64,000 bases of DNA from Octopus vulgaris (GCA_951406725.2 OX597820.1:96100001-96164000); one strand, 5' to 3'; shown: positions 1 to 15,199, counted from the first letter of the stretch. Numbers and translations are program-made. The notes: generated by a model not told the origin, from the sequence alone.

Positions 1-865
1 AAGTACCTTAACTGGAAGCTGAGTATGGGTTAAGAGGGAGAGGTGCAATGATGTTTCCTTGATATAAGTAGTGCTTGTGTTTTTATGAGTCGACAATAAC
101 ATGTCCTATTTGTTGTTACCCTCGAGGTCTCTGTTCGTGCAACAGCAGTAGTAGTAATAACATATAAGCGCAGATAGTAATGTTCGCTTTATTCATCTAA
201 ATTTCTTTGAAGAAAATTAACCACACTGAAGTTGTCGATTATTCATTTAGATAAATATCGAGTTGTAAATAATGAATTCAGGTAGATCGATACACAGACA
301 GACTATTCAATTGCAATATTACTGTTCTTGATTCATGTAGGTAAAAATGAAGAATTAACAATAAATGAATAAATAAATATATTTTGCTGATAGACGAACA
401 GAATTTACTTTAAGCTGTAGTTTCAGTAAGCTATAACAACGAAAAGTGGCAGCCTTCTATTTTATTTCAGATTAAAAGTACATTTCGCTGATTTATTTCA
501 TTTGTGTCATTTGCTCAATTAAATTTTGTATATAGAAATACGTTTCAAATGTAGCTAGGGTGTGCGAAACATAAGTTTCGCTTACTAGAAACGGTTCGCT
601 TTTGTTTTCTTTTGTGTGTAATCAATAAACCGTCATACTGCTATTATACTTGTTCAAAAGACAATGAACCTACACAAATGAAGAAAGACATTCCAAACTT
701 AATAGACAAGTTAAATATAACACATACACAAAGACATAGGCGCGCCCAACCCCGCACGCATGCATATATGTATCGGTGATATTTGAACATTTCAATATAT
801 CATTTTCTACAGCTGTTTCAATAACTCTTACCAAACATTTGATAGGCAGACAAACTGATAGATAA

Positions 866-900
<35 letters not shown>

Positions 901-1437
901 TATATATAGACATATAAACATACACTCACAGACATGTATGTGTGTGTGTGGCTCCCATGTAAGCATCGGTCATCTTATCTTTCTATCTCTCCGTTGTAGC
1001 TGGAACAAGGAAGACGTGTTCTGTTTTTTCTCCTGTCCTAGCTTAATTTACACGTTCGCCACAACAACCTTGTTTAGGCTTAGCAGCACTTCCAGTTTAT
1101 TTTCACTATCCTGTTTGTGTTACCAATTTTGACTCTCCGCAAAATTCCAAATTTTATTTCATTTGTTTTACGGTAGCAACTGTTTTATCGAAAGCGTATA
1201 TTGTTGTTAAATACTTGAAATATGAGACTAGAAAAACAGCCAACAACTGATGAAAGGTTGTTCTTTATGTTAACTGTTTTGTTTTGGATTTGTGGCTTTC
1301 GTTGGTCGAAAGAATAGTTCAAGTTACATGCACTCGTGCGTCATACTTTTTTGTTCTACACGTTCTGTACCCACATATGCATATATATATATATATATAT
1401 ACACATACAGATGTAAGTACATATACGTATGTATAAA

Positions 1438-1472
<35 letters not shown>

Positions 1473-1536
1473 TATTTATAATATTATATGATTGAATACC
1501 ACGCATCCTCTTCCAAGTAAGATTTATCTTACTTGG

Positions 1537-1630
<94 letters not shown>

Positions 1631-1740
1631 TTTATATTGATGTATTTGGGATGGTCATGTTTCTAGTTTAACAATGAAAGCACACGCAAATATACTTGGA
1701 GATCATATGCTTCAGCTTTATTTTATATTAATTGTATTTC

Positions 1741-1785
1741 GGCCAGAGATTTTTCGTCACACTTCTGTGACCTCATCAGCAGTCC
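1741..1785 (-). ncRNA. Hammerhead ribozyme, minimal type I (family A)
   Basis: Minus strand: CTGATGA-G-GTCAC agaagt GTGAC-GAAA-aatc-TC-TGGCC; stem I weak. Confidence 0.6.
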
Positions 1786-2341
1786 TTTGCTTTTCCCTTC
1801 TTTTTTTGTATCTCTCCTTACTAACAAACTGCCATTTTATATTCCTGTTATATGTGTCTTTATTTGCACATGTGTATATGCCTGTGTGTGTCTTTATTTG
1901 TGCATGCGCACATCTCTGTATGTGTCTATGTTTAGTAAGTGTGTGCGTGGGAATGTGTATGGTATCTGCATTATCAGTATCCCCTGTTTATTCACGATCG
2001 TTTAATTTGCTTTTATTTATTTTATTCATTCGTTTTTATCTACTTATTTTACATTTCTTTATTTTTTTCGTATTAATTTCACTTAATTTATATTATTTTG
2101 TTTATGTTTATAATTATTTCATTCCATTTATTTACTTGTGTATTGTAATAGTTTCATATTATTAGTTTATGGGGATCTTATTCTGCCATAGGTTGTGATG
2201 TGTTCGGTTTGTGTGCTAGTGTTCCATTCTAGTTTGCTATTTAGGCTAGGTTTATCTTCTATTATGTATGTAGCTTTTGTAATTTGTCTAAGCGTTGGCA
2301 GGTCGTTAGTAAGGTGACATACAAAAAAAAAGAAAGCAAGG

Positions 2342-2385
2342 GGCTACTGATGAGGTCACAGAAGGGTAACGAAAGGACTCTGGCC
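2342..2385 (+). ncRNA. Hammerhead ribozyme, minimal type I (family A)
   Basis: GGCTA-CTGATGA-GGTCAC agaagg GTAAC-GAAA-ggac-TC-TGGCC; stem I GGCTA/TGGCC; predicted cut after 2380. Confidence 0.7.
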
Positions 2386-2490
2386 GAAATAGCACAATTA
2401 ATATAAAATAAAGCTGAAGCAAATGAACACCAAATATATATTGCGTATGTTTTTGTTGGCTAAACTGGCAACATAACCATCCCCAAATAC

Positions 2491-2530
<40 letters not shown>

Positions 2531-2799
2531 CTGTGTGTGATTCAAATGAGCATTCAATTCAAATAAAGAAATAAAATTAATGGACAAGTCGGAAGAAAAG
2601 CAGATAGAGAAAAGTCCAAATAAAGAAAGAAATCGCCAACACCACGTCTGTAGTTACATTGCTATATATATATATGTCTGAAGAATGTTATCAATTTTTT
2701 TCTTACAATGACATAGTTTAGAATCCAAATAAAGAAAGAAATCGCCAACACCACGTCTATTTTCTATATATTCAACCCCGTACTTTCACAAACCAACTT

Positions 2800-2937
<138 letters not shown>

Positions 2938-3529
2938 AAAGAAAGAAAGAAAGATAGATAGATAGATTGATAGATATTTATATATGTAGTAAGAGGCAAT
3001 CTAAACACTTGGGACTATATAGCGTCATGTATTACATATTCCTACTAAATTTAGTTTCCATTCAATATATTATATTATATTATATAAAACGGTTATGTTA
3101 TTATCCTATTAAGTTAGCGAAATGACATCACATTTCACACAACCTACTGACAGTCATATAATCGTGTTTTGCTGATTTATTTACGCAAGAAATCGAAGAC
3201 CGGTTATCAGAAAGTAACTAAATAAATATCTGTCAAACGAATATTAGTTACGTTATGACAGTTTCAGATTGGTTTATTATATTTTTTTGTTTCTGATCAA
3301 AAGCACATTCCACTCTTTTGTATTGTCTTGTTTGTCTCTTCTGCAAATGTTATTGCGAACATAAATTCTCTTGAAATGCTTGATGTGTGAGAAGCATCGA
3401 TTGTACTTACTAGAAATAGCATGGTTTATGTTTTTTTTCTGTTTGTAAGATTCCACTGCTATGTTTGTGCAATTTTTTTTTCCTCCTTTATTATTATTTC
3501 GGCCATCGCTGTCGACGTTGACCAAAGAT

Positions 3530-3975
3530 ATCACACGGGAAAATAATACAGAGACCAGTCCGATGTGTGCTTAGAAGGCTCTGCCAGCAGGTCGAGCACG
3601 GGAGGTCTGCTGAGACTGAACGCAAGGAGTTGGCTCTGGACCTGGATAGTACACGTCTTCTTTGTGCCTCTGCATACCTGTTTTGTTCGTTTTTATATTA
3701 ATATATGATTGAATTCCACGCATCCTCTTCCAAGTCAGTTTTATCTGGTGCAGCTTCTCCTGGCAAAACGGCCTTGAGCTGCGTTTCTCAAGTGTCGGAG
3801 TTGATCTCAGAGTACTTTAATGAGATTATGAGTGTATCGTTTAAGCGGTTTTTCTGTCCACCTTGCGTGCACTTGAACTCCGCTAGTCCACTGTAAAACA
3901 GTCTCTTACTAAGTCACCTGTCAAGGTAACCAGCCTACATGACTTGGGCTCTCCACTGTAGTATGTAGATGCTTT
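3530..3975 (-). mobile_element. Degraded RTE-clade LINE, C-terminal fragment
   Basis: Minus translation has KCTQGGQKNRLNDTLIISLK and a terminal C..C (PCSTC) followed by HIGL, typical of RTE ORF ends. Confidence 0.55.
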
Positions 3976-4220
3976 ACAGATCAGATCGTGAAAAGAACTC
4001 TGTATCTGACACTTTATCTTGCCTGGTGATTCTCAACAGATTTTATCACTGATGAAGAGAAGGTTCTTATGAATTAACTCTGATATCGGGTCCGATATGA
4101 TAATAACAGAATTTTTTAGAAATTTCTGTCGGATTTCTTCGAGACGCGTGCTTATAGTGATGAATTATATGGTTATTGACGAAGTGTCTATTTCTTTTCT
4201 TTTGCCCTTGTTTATAAGTT

Positions 4221-4260
<40 letters not shown>

Positions 4261-4399
4261 GTATGAGTATCTTTTCAATGTTTACAAATAACACGGAAAA
4301 AATATATAAGTAAATAGTTACCGGGGTAGCAAAAGTTCACACAAGTACCAAAGACGCAACAGCCTCCTTTTAAAGGTAAAAATTCCAGGTTTTGGTGAA

Positions 4400-5003
4400 A
4401 TGTTATTAGTTAACATAGATAAATAAATAAATGTAGTTAAACGCAGGTATTATTCAAATCTTTTTAACTTCCGACATATGTTTCGAAGAAAACATTGGTA
4501 TTATTCCAGAAGGAATAAAATGATGTAAAACAATGCAATCTTCTTAATCAGGGAAAGAAAGAAACCAAACACATTAGTAAGGCATTTTAACAGAACGTGA
4601 TGAATGCGTATATGATGAAGGGAACGCTAGCAGGTTTGCTTTTAAATTAAACCGTTAATAGATATAACGTCAAAGGCAGTTTATATAAAGAGAAGGAGAA
4701 AGAAAGAAATTAGCAGAAAACTAATAGTGGGGAGATATCTATTTCCAAGTCTTCGAGATTTATTCCTATTCACCTATCGCTCTATATCTCTTCACTATTA
4801 GTTTTCTGCTAAATTCTTTCTTTCTCCTTCTCTTTCTATAAACTGCTTTTGGCGTTGTATCTATTGACAGATTTAAAAAAAAAACTTGTTAGCGTTGCCT
4901 TCATATACGCAGTCATCACATTCTGTTAGAATGTCTAACTGATATGTTTGGATTCTTTTTTTCTCCGGTGAGAAGATTGCATTGTTTTACATCATTTTAT
5001 TCC
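4400..5003. mobile_element. HHR family B head-to-head element
   Basis: About 4512-4740 is inverted at about 4783-5003; left arm has a full HHR, right arm is truncated inside stem II. Confidence 0.65.
4469..4555 (-). ncRNA. Hammerhead ribozyme with long stem II (family B), one core mutation
   Basis: TTCC-CTGATTA-AGAAGA...TCTTC-GAAAC-atat-GTC-GGAA; core G8 changed to T. Confidence 0.6.
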
Positions 5004-5582
5004 ATCTGCCTTTCGAATGACGCCATCTTGCTGACTTGGACGTAACGCCACTCTGTCGGAGGGTTTTCCATTTACAGCTAAGTGTAAAGAACAAAAGAGA
5101 GAGTTGACGTCTGTGGAACTCAGGAGATACAGACCAAGAATGTTCAGTTCAAAGCAATCTATTTGATGTTTCACTGACTCTGCAAGCTGGTCGCTTGCGT
5201 TGTGATATTTTCACCCATGTATATGTATCTCCCATTACGTATAGCCTTGTGCTCATATATGTGTAGCTATGCATTAACATATGGCTACATACATACACAT
5301 ACATACATACATACATACATACATACATACATACATACATACATACATACATAAATATATATATATATGCATCAATACGTATGACGATATACATAAAACA
5401 AAGCATACCAATCTGCACATCCCAATATTTAACGCTTGCACACAGACATGCACGAATTCACTACTGATGCTGTTTAGTATTCAAGTAAATGGATCTATGA
5501 TAGAAACAGACTCTTTCCATTGGCGAGGAAGAGAAAACTAAATCTAAATAATAGCATACACACACACACACATGTATATATG

Positions 5583-5624
<42 letters not shown>

Positions 5625-5685
5625 TATACACACACACACATATATATAGACACACACACATGTGTATATATATATATATATATAT

Positions 5686-6565
<880 letters not shown>

Positions 6566-6602
6566 TATGCGTACATATACATACATACATATACATATAT
6601 AC

Positions 6603-6649
<47 letters not shown>

Positions 6650-6797
6650 CTGAAACAAGCAAAAAGAACGCAGCTGCGATAACGGACAGAGTCAATGACT
6701 ATTGAAAAGGTTGCATGGTGCAACGAAAACTTTAGGAAAAATTAGTAGATGAGTTGAAACTTTACTGGTGAGTGTGTTAAATATTAAGCCACTAATA

Positions 6798-6859
<62 letters not shown>

Positions 6860-6860
6860 G

Positions 6861-6950
<90 letters not shown>

Positions 6951-6953
<3 letters not shown>

Positions 6954-7201
6954 CTCTTTTACTTGTTGAAACAAGTCATTTGACTGCGGCCATGCAGGAG
7001 CACCGCCTTTAGTCGAGCAAATCGACCCCAGGACTCATTCTTTGTAAGCCTAGTACTTATTCTATCGGAACCTTTTGTCGAACTGCTAAGTTACGGGGAC
7101 GTAAACACACCAGCATCTGTTATCAAGCGATGTTGGGGTGGGGACAAACACAGACACACAAACATATACATAGATACACACATACATACATACCTACATA
7201 C

Positions 7202-7279
<78 letters not shown>

Positions 7280-7441
7280 ACATATATACATACATATACA
7301 CGACAGACTTCTTTCAGTTTCCGCCTACCAAATCCACTAACAAGGCTTTGCTCGGTCCGAGGCTATTGTAGAAGACACTAGCCCAAGATGCCACGCAGTG
7401 GGACTGAACCCAAAACCATGTGGTTGGTAAGCAAGCTACTT
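6951..7441 (-). mobile_element. tRNA-derived SINE family 1; body here, 5' head continues at 9452-9488
   Basis: Colinear with the intact copy at 30261-30675; split by a 2-kb insertion. Confidence 0.9.
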
Positions 7442-9451
7442 TATTTCATTTCATTGGCCATGAAGGCCGTATACAAAGAAAGTAGCTTGCAGGCTGGACA
7501 AATACATTAATGAGATGAGTGATGAAAATGATAGTATAAATGGGAGAAAGCAAAAGACGCCCGCCGATCTTCTGCTCCTCTAAAACATTGTTCTTTTGTT
7601 TTCCAAACAAAAAACAAAACTAGGTATTAAGCCTCTTACCTCAGTTCCACAATTACTGGACTTAATATTCCATTACAAATTGAGGTGGTGAGCCTCTTAC
7701 AGACTATAAACAATACGAGGCACTAAGCCTCTTAATTATTTTCCGCCCCGCCGGTACCCGGCCAGGCTCAGTGCCTTACTCAAGCACCTCGATGGCACTA
7801 GGTCGAGGCTCTTCAGCATGAAGCGGAGTGTGTCTTCGAGAAAGGAGTTCATCATCTTGCACAAATTTGTATCCCACACGACCTCCGCAGCTACCTGCGG
7901 AGGCCAATCAGAGTTCTTCCTACAGGTTAGAATCCCTCCCCTCCTACATTCTTTGTTAAATTGTCTTGCAAATTCTTGAATTGCCCCTCCCTTGTGGAAT
8001 AGGATTACAAATTCCTCCTCCACATAGGGAGAGGCCACAGTTTCCACTGTCGGTGGCACAAATCCCAGATGGGTTTTCGGGATATACAGGCAGTTTACTA
8101 GCAACCGCCGGCAATGCCCCGTTTTTCATTTTCTTTCTTTTCTCCTTTACGACGGGAGGGTAATTTCCTTTCCCTCCCGTCGCTTCAGGATTCCTCGCTG
8201 GGCAACCATTGTTGTCCACCTTCCTTCTCTTTTTCCTTTTTTCGAGGTGGTCTCCATCTCCTCGACAGCTTCCATCTCTCCCTCTAATGGGTGAGCGGGC
8301 GCTACTTTTATTAACTGCTCCAGGACCCTACCTTGGTCCTGGAGACTTTTCATTTTAATGTGGCCTGGTTTCAGGCACAGGTTACACTTGGGGTGGGGGG
8401 CGTCCCTCAAGAATCACCGGATACCTAGAACCGAGCATTCTCAAAAAATCTGGGAAAACCAGATTATTGGCTGACCCCACCCAATCAGCCGCAGGCAACA
8501 TTTTAACATTAATGAGCTTGGCTCCGCTGCCACCCAGACCCCGGCGGATAGTGTCTTCTAACCTCTCGGGTTCTATCCCGAGTGGCAGTCCACAGACCCA
8601 AGCTCTTGTTAATTTCTTCCCACAATATGTGGGAAGAAACAGAATCTTTTGCCCTTCTAAGGGCTGGCTCGCAAATTTGCGAGTCACCTCAGGAGTGTCA
8701 AATGGCAACCACACCGTTGCGTAATTAACGCCCCTGGCAACACACTTAATAATTGGCAGATATTCTGTCAAATCTTTTTCAATTTCAATTTGAGAAAACA
8801 CCCTAATGATGTCGAGTGACTTAGAATAAGTCCTCAACACCACGGCTCTCTCGTTTAAGTCTTTTAACTACTGCTTGGGAGGTAAATCTCCCACTCCAAC
8901 GCAGTGTTGACCGTCTTTGGCATGCTTGCAGAAAAAAAGTCCCATAACAATTCAAAACGAACAGTCAAAAATAAAGTTCAAAAACACAAAGAGCAGAAAG
9001 ACAGTGCAGAGAAAAAGGAAGGAAGACAGTTTAAGTCACGGCACATAAAATTCCGGTCACCCGGTAATCCTGGCTAACAGGTATTCCAAATAAAGCCACT
9101 CCAAAAAGGTACACCAGGGTCACAGCAGCAGGAACACAAAAAAATCCTCCACAAATTGGTAAAATTTTCCAAAATTTCACAATTTTTCAAAGGCAAAATA
9201 GGCTCCCAAACAACAATTCTCACAACAAAGTGAGTCACTTAACGCGACTGCAGGCAGACAAATGTCCGGAACCCAGTGAGGATTTCTTATTTGAAAAAAA
9301 AAACATTATCAAACAACAAAACCCCACTAAATCAACCAAAAAACAGATGCCTACATTACAGTCGCGCCTTCAAATTTTCTTCAATTCAAGACGGCTATGA
9401 AGTACGTTTTGACAGCATTCAGTGTGGAAGCAGCTAACCAACGCATGCGCA
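7442..9451 (-). mobile_element. ORF1-only non-autonomous non-LTR element (L1/Tx1-like ORF1) with 15-bp TSD
   Basis: TSD gtaagcaagctactt (7427-7441) and gtaagcaaactactt (9452-9466); 3' end caatgaaatgaaataaa; no APE or RT motifs seen. Confidence 0.75.
7736..8843 (-). pseudogene. Frameshifted gag-like ORF1 with zinc knuckle
   Basis: ORF pieces 8382-8843, 8147-8410 and 7736-8104; ILEGRPP then KCNLCLKPGHIK (CCH of a CCHC knuckle), a charged linker and a C-terminal domain. Confidence 0.7.
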
Positions 9452-9548
9452 GTAAGCAAACTACTTACCACACAACCACTGCTGTGCATATATATATATT
9501 TATATATATTTATACATACATACATACATACATATATACATATATATA

Positions 9549-9646
<98 letters not shown>

Positions 9647-10149
9647 TATAATATTTGGATGGAATTTATAAGCATTTAATGCATCGCTCCGCGCGTTGCC
9701 ACAAACCACATGTTTCTTGAGATCACAGTCCGTATTCCTGGGATGATTACAGTGCAGTCCGTAGTATCCGTGGGTATCGAGTTAATCATCTTCATGGATT
9801 CATTTCATTTAAGGCATAACTATCTTTAATAAATTCAGAAGTCAACAGGTCATTTGGTATTGCTACTGTATCTATTAGATGTTGGGGCTTGTTGACTGAA
9901 TTGATAAATAGTACTTTCTTACGGCTAACTTTCATTGTTTCTGGTGGTATAGTGTATAACATCTTAAATATTGGTTTGTTTGTTTATTTGTTTGGACTCC
10001 TCCCCTGTTCTATTCTATGTTATTCGTTACAAAATTCTTCTTTTAAATTCCAGAAATGATGTCTCCTTCTTATGATTGCATTCTTAGTATAGTAAATCTA
10101 CAAGTAACATATATATATATATATATATTCATATGTATATACATACATA

Positions 10150-10189
<40 letters not shown>

Positions 10190-10232
10190 TATGTATATAC
10201 ATACATATATATGTATATATATATATATATAC

Positions 10233-10286
<54 letters not shown>

Positions 10287-10310
10287 GCGCGCACATACAC
10301 ATATACGCAC

Positions 10311-11055
10311 ATATGCTCAGAGCTAAAAGGGGAAAACAGTAAATGTGAACTCACAATTGGTATTAACAAAATTAATAAATCGAAGATAATTTCCAACCAT
10401 TTAATAACTGCTTGAAATATAGTTATAGATGATGAAATAATTGAGCGTATAAACCAATACACCTATCTTGGGAGTATAATTTGCTTAAAGGATAAAAATC
10501 ACACCAAAGGAATTGAACGGCGTACACAATTAGGCTGGGCAGCCGTTGGTATATTGAACCACATCAAGAGCAGTAATTTTCCCATGTGTTTCAAAAGAAA
10601 GCTTTTCAACAAGTGTATGCTGCCTACCGTTACATATGCTTCAGAAACATATGCTACCAACAAGAGCATTGAAAATAAATTATGAGCAACACAAAGAGAC
10701 ATGGAAAAGAGGATGCTGCTGAAGATTAAGAAAATGGGTAAGTGAAGGAACAATAGAATAAGAGTGGCAACAGGTTTAATAGATATTATTATCTGGAAAA
10801 TAAAAACTCTGAAATGGTGTTTCGCAGGACATGTGTTTAGATGAAAAGACAGTAGATGGAATAGTAAAAATGATCGAGTGGACACCAAATCCAGAGAAAA
10901 AAAACAAGTATAAGACCATACTGAAGTTGGAATGAAGGCTTTGTGAAGTTCTTCGGTATGCAAATATAGATGAATAAAACATCAGACCGTTGTTGGTACC
11001 AGAACATACTGGGGCATTCATCCAGCAGCGGACAGAACATGTGCAAGGGTGATGT
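10311..11055 (+). mobile_element. RTE-clade LINE, 3' fragment
   Basis: IERINQYTYLGSII, IERRTQLGWAAVG, FKRKLFNKCMLPTVTYASET, LKWCFAGHVFR; in-frame stops. Confidence 0.85.
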
Positions 11056-11179
11056 ATGTGTGTGTATGCAAGTATGTATGTACACACACACACACATTTA
11101 TATATATATATAAATGTCCCTACTGTCCCTCTAGCGTCTGACCTCTGACCTCTGCCCGAAGAACGCCATGATAGATCGT

Positions 11180-11362
11180 TAGCTCGTACACGAATTTTTT
11201 TCTCTCCTTGTTTTTTTTCTGTGTATCTTTCTGACGAAGAGCGTAGGCTCGAAACGTAAAAGACTTGTTCTATTTCTATTCCTGAGCGCCATACTAATAC
11301 AATTGTTTGTTTGTACTCCACCTGCCTTCGACTTTTGTTTATTTTCGTAAACCTTCCCGTTA
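11180..11362 (+). mobile_element. HHR family C short element ending at (TA)n
   Basis: Shares the HHR and the ttcctgagcg...aatac segment with 22955-23160, 32936-33140 and 62950-63030. Confidence 0.65.
11226..11263 (+). ncRNA. Hammerhead ribozyme, minimal type I (family C), intact core
   Basis: TCTTT-CTGACGA-a-GAGC gtag GCTC-GAAAC-GTA-AAAGA; palindromic ACGT stem III. Confidence 0.8.
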
Positions 11363-11879
11363 TATATATATATATACACATACATACACACACAAACACA
11401 CACACGCATATAGATATACAGTATTTGCGTAGACAGAAACACCCATAAGGGCAGAGTTGAGGCACTCAGCAGCTGCAGGTTTTTGTTGTTTTTGACTCAT
11501 AAGAATTTTGTAAATTGTCAAGAAAATATGAAATAATTCTTCTGATTTTTTTCTGTTTGGCTGCAACTGTGGAAATTGCAAAGTTTAGGGAAAATTTTTA
11601 AATTTGGTGTATTGATGTAATTATCCACGCTGAATATCAGGATATATGTAACTTTTTCTAGAAAACTTTAAAATGTTATCATTTTTACCCTGTCAGAACA
11701 CTTAATTTGGAAGCTCACACTTTGTGCGTGATACCACGTTCTGTCAACTATAAACAAATGAAATATTGGCGGAACTCTGCTTTACGCACGCCATGTAACC
11801 CTTTGTAAACTTTTTATTATTTGAAATTTTCAGAAAATTTTTGCGAATCTGTATTCCACACACAAGAATTCATACGATC

Positions 11880-12273
11880 TACTCTTTTACTATTTCAATT
11901 GTTTCACTCATTTGACTGTAGCCATGCTGGAGCACCGCCTTTAGTTGAGCAATTCGACGCCAGGATTTATTCTTTGTAAATCTAGTACTTATTTTATCGG
12001 AATCTTTTGCCGAACCGTTAAGTTACGGGGACGTAAACACACCAGCATCGATTGTCAAGCGATATTGGGGGGGGTCAAACAAACTTATACTCACACACAT
12101 ACATATATACGACAGGCTTCTTTCAGTTTCTGTCTACCAGATCCACTCACAAGGCTTTGGTCGGGCCGAGACTATAGTAGAAGATAGTTGCCTATGTTGC
12201 CACGCAGTGGGACTGAACCTGAAATCATGTGATTCGTAAGCAAGCTACTTACCACACAGACACTCCTACGCCT
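11880..12273 (-). mobile_element. SINE family 1, full length
   Basis: Colinear with 30261-30675. Confidence 0.9.
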
Positions 12274-12819
12274 ATTTTTTAACATGCAAAATAAAAAAAA
12301 AAGGATTGGTGCGTGATTTAAGACCAATTTAGTTACCGTTTTTAGCACATATCACAACTACCTTTTACCGTGTAAGTAAACAGCTTGGTAACAGCTATGG
12401 AAACATGTATGAATGTGTCTGTGGCTTACGATTGGCTAAAATTACCCAAAATTTGCAAATTTTAAATTATATTAACTTTTTTATTTATTGACTTATGGTG
12501 AAAATGTAGTTCATGTCAATGATTAGCATACAAAACGATATCATTGCACCAAATATGAAATCAATTGGAACAGAAATTGAAGAATTGGAAGGTGACAGCC
12601 TAACAGAAAAGATCTAATTCGTTTTTGGAACTAGTGGATCTCGAAGCATAGATTAAGCTGTAAATAATATTGGGTTGAAAAAGTTTTTGCATAAAATTTT
12701 GAAGGTTGCACACTATTCAAAAGAATTTTTCTACCCAATATTCACAAACTATTATCTATAGTTCGAGATTAATGTTTTTCTAAAAATAGAATATACATAT
12801 ATATATGCTCGCATGTGTG

Positions 12820-12852
<33 letters not shown>

Positions 12853-13939
12853 GTGTGTGCGTGTGTGCATGTATGTGTGTGCATAGGGAGAGAGAGTGAG
12901 AGAGAGATGTTCAAAATGTCGCATTTATATAGAAACCTACGCGAACTAAAATATTTTTTCTGTCTTTCTTCCCCATTATATTTCCCATCTTTTACTGTTC
13001 GCCAAATTGTAATTCCAACAGAACAATCTTTCTAATGCTTGGCCGACTACTGTCAGCATTTCTTTGTAAATTTCTAGCAACGAAACCAATTCCTCAGAGA
13101 TCTACCATTTCTGTGCCAGGCCTGACTGACTAATGAAACCGATACAACATTTTTGGTGATGTTCTATTTAATGAACAAATACATTACTGACAGCCCATAT
13201 ATTCAATAGGAGAAGCCATCTACTGACACCAGTCTTGCTACTTTTAAAGTGAATACTAAAAGGAAAAGAACAAGAAACTAAATTAAGCACTCCCTACCAC
13301 CGTTCATAAACATTACAATAATACCCACTATTCCTCCTCCTCCTCCTCCTACTACTACTACTACTACTACTGCTACTAGTATGCCTAATACAGATATGCA
13401 AACACACATATATATGTGTGTGTGAGTATATACACGTATATACACGTATATAAATTTATATATATAATATGAAATAATAAGGATGAAACATTGAATGTTA
13501 ATTTGATTAATATCAATTTAAAACCGGTGGCTTACCATATTGAAAAATCTGAAGATTCAGAAAAATTATTTTACATACATATAAGTGGTCATCCATTATG
13601 CTAGAAGTAGATTCCCTATGGTCATACCACTAAGAAAAGATTGTCCTCAACGAGTCATTCATTCGTCACCTCCCCTTTCGCACGGTCGTTCTACAAGTGG
13701 TGACTCCTTCTAACACGCAGCCAAATACTCAGCCGGCCTTACGTTCACACGAACGTCTACAAATTGGTGACCCAGTGCCAGCTTAATAACCAAACCGCTA
13801 TAAAATCTGTAGCGGACGCTTAGTGAAATTCTCTCTCTCTCTCTCTCACTCTCTCTCTCTCTCTCTCACTGACATATAACATAAATACGGACGTACTAGA
13901 TAACAGCTAACCTTCGGATTTGGGCCCTGTTGTGTCCAC

Positions 13940-14176
13940 TACTCTGATTGGTTGGTATTGGCGCAGGTTGTCGCTTGCTCTATTATGCACCAATGTGCGA
14001 CCCAACCAATCGCACCCTTCTGATAAGGTCCCGTGACACAGTCTTCTAAATTCTCTGCTGGAGCCTCCTAGTCTCTATAAAAGCTAGATCAACAAACCGT
14101 ATTTTGTCTTTGGTTCTAGACCACTGACCACAGAGCACAGCCAGTTCCAGCAGAGAATTTAGAAGACTGTGTCACG
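13940..14176 (+). promoter_or_regulatory. Promoter-like segment: CCAAT boxes and TATAAAAG inside a perfect 31-bp inverted repeat
   Basis: CCAAT motifs 13945-14012; TATAAAAG 14076-14083; repeat arms 14032-14062 and 14146-14176. Confidence 0.4.
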
Positions 14177-15199
14177 TGTAGAACGACAATGCTAAAACGT
14201 ATTTGAAACAATGGACAACAGTCGAAATATTATAATGGATGGTTAAATAAGCATTCTTAAAGAGAAACAATGCATTGGTATGTAAATAAATGTATTAATA
14301 AATAGAAGAGAGGAAAGGGAGCATCACCTGTCAAGTAACTCAGAATAGGTAAACTTTAATGCGGTGATTAAGATTGTTTAGTATTGGATATTCATCGCGT
14401 ACAGTGTTCCTAGTCAAATTAATCACAGTCGCAAGTGGACAGTAGAAATAAATGAATAGACAAAATCCTTTCACTTGTATGATATTCTCTAACCAAAACT
14501 TAAACTACACACACCAATATACATATAAAAACATAGAGAGAGTAATAATATAGAATTACAACATATAAATAAATAATAAATTTTTTAAATGTGATAACCA
14601 CTAAAAATATTCTCTAATGCCAATATACGACTATATAGATTTAAAAAGTATGGAACTATGTACATACAATGAATTTGGATAAATCTTTTGAATTAATATA
14701 ATTTTTTTTTACATGAAAAAAAACTACCGGAGATATAACACGTGTTGTGCTAAAAATAACGGCTAAATAAGATTTTTTGGATAAATCTTTTAAATTAGCA
14801 TAAACATTTATTTACATGAAAACAAAATGACAGTTTCCTATTCCTGTTTCCTGACTGGGTCACCACGCAGGTGGACAGTCGAAATAAATAAATAGATAAA
14901 ATTCTTTCACTTTTATAAAAAGATTATAAAAGTATGGAAGACACTACATACATGGAAGACACTACATACAAAAAAACTATGTCCATTTACGTCCATTTAC
15001 GCGGGAGCTCTATGCATGACAATCCTTGGGACATAAATTATGTGCATGTAAAGTTTGGAGAAAATCGGTTGAGAATTGTGGAAATGTATGCGTTAGCCAT
15101 TATACACACATACTGTGATTTACATATACTGTGACACACCGAAACAAATACAACTAATCACTAAGCTGTACGTATACATTCTTCCTATATATATGGTTT

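Larger units (their letters stand above)
1640..2492. mobile_element. HHR family A head-to-head (fold-back) element between (TA)n tracts
   Basis: 1640-1835 and 2296-2492 are diverged inverted copies, each with an outward-pointing hammerhead core. Confidence 0.7.

Noticed and set aside
4043-4163. CTGATGA...GAGAC long-stem hammerhead candidate
   Set aside because: GAAA is mutated and the stem III/cleavage-site register does not fit
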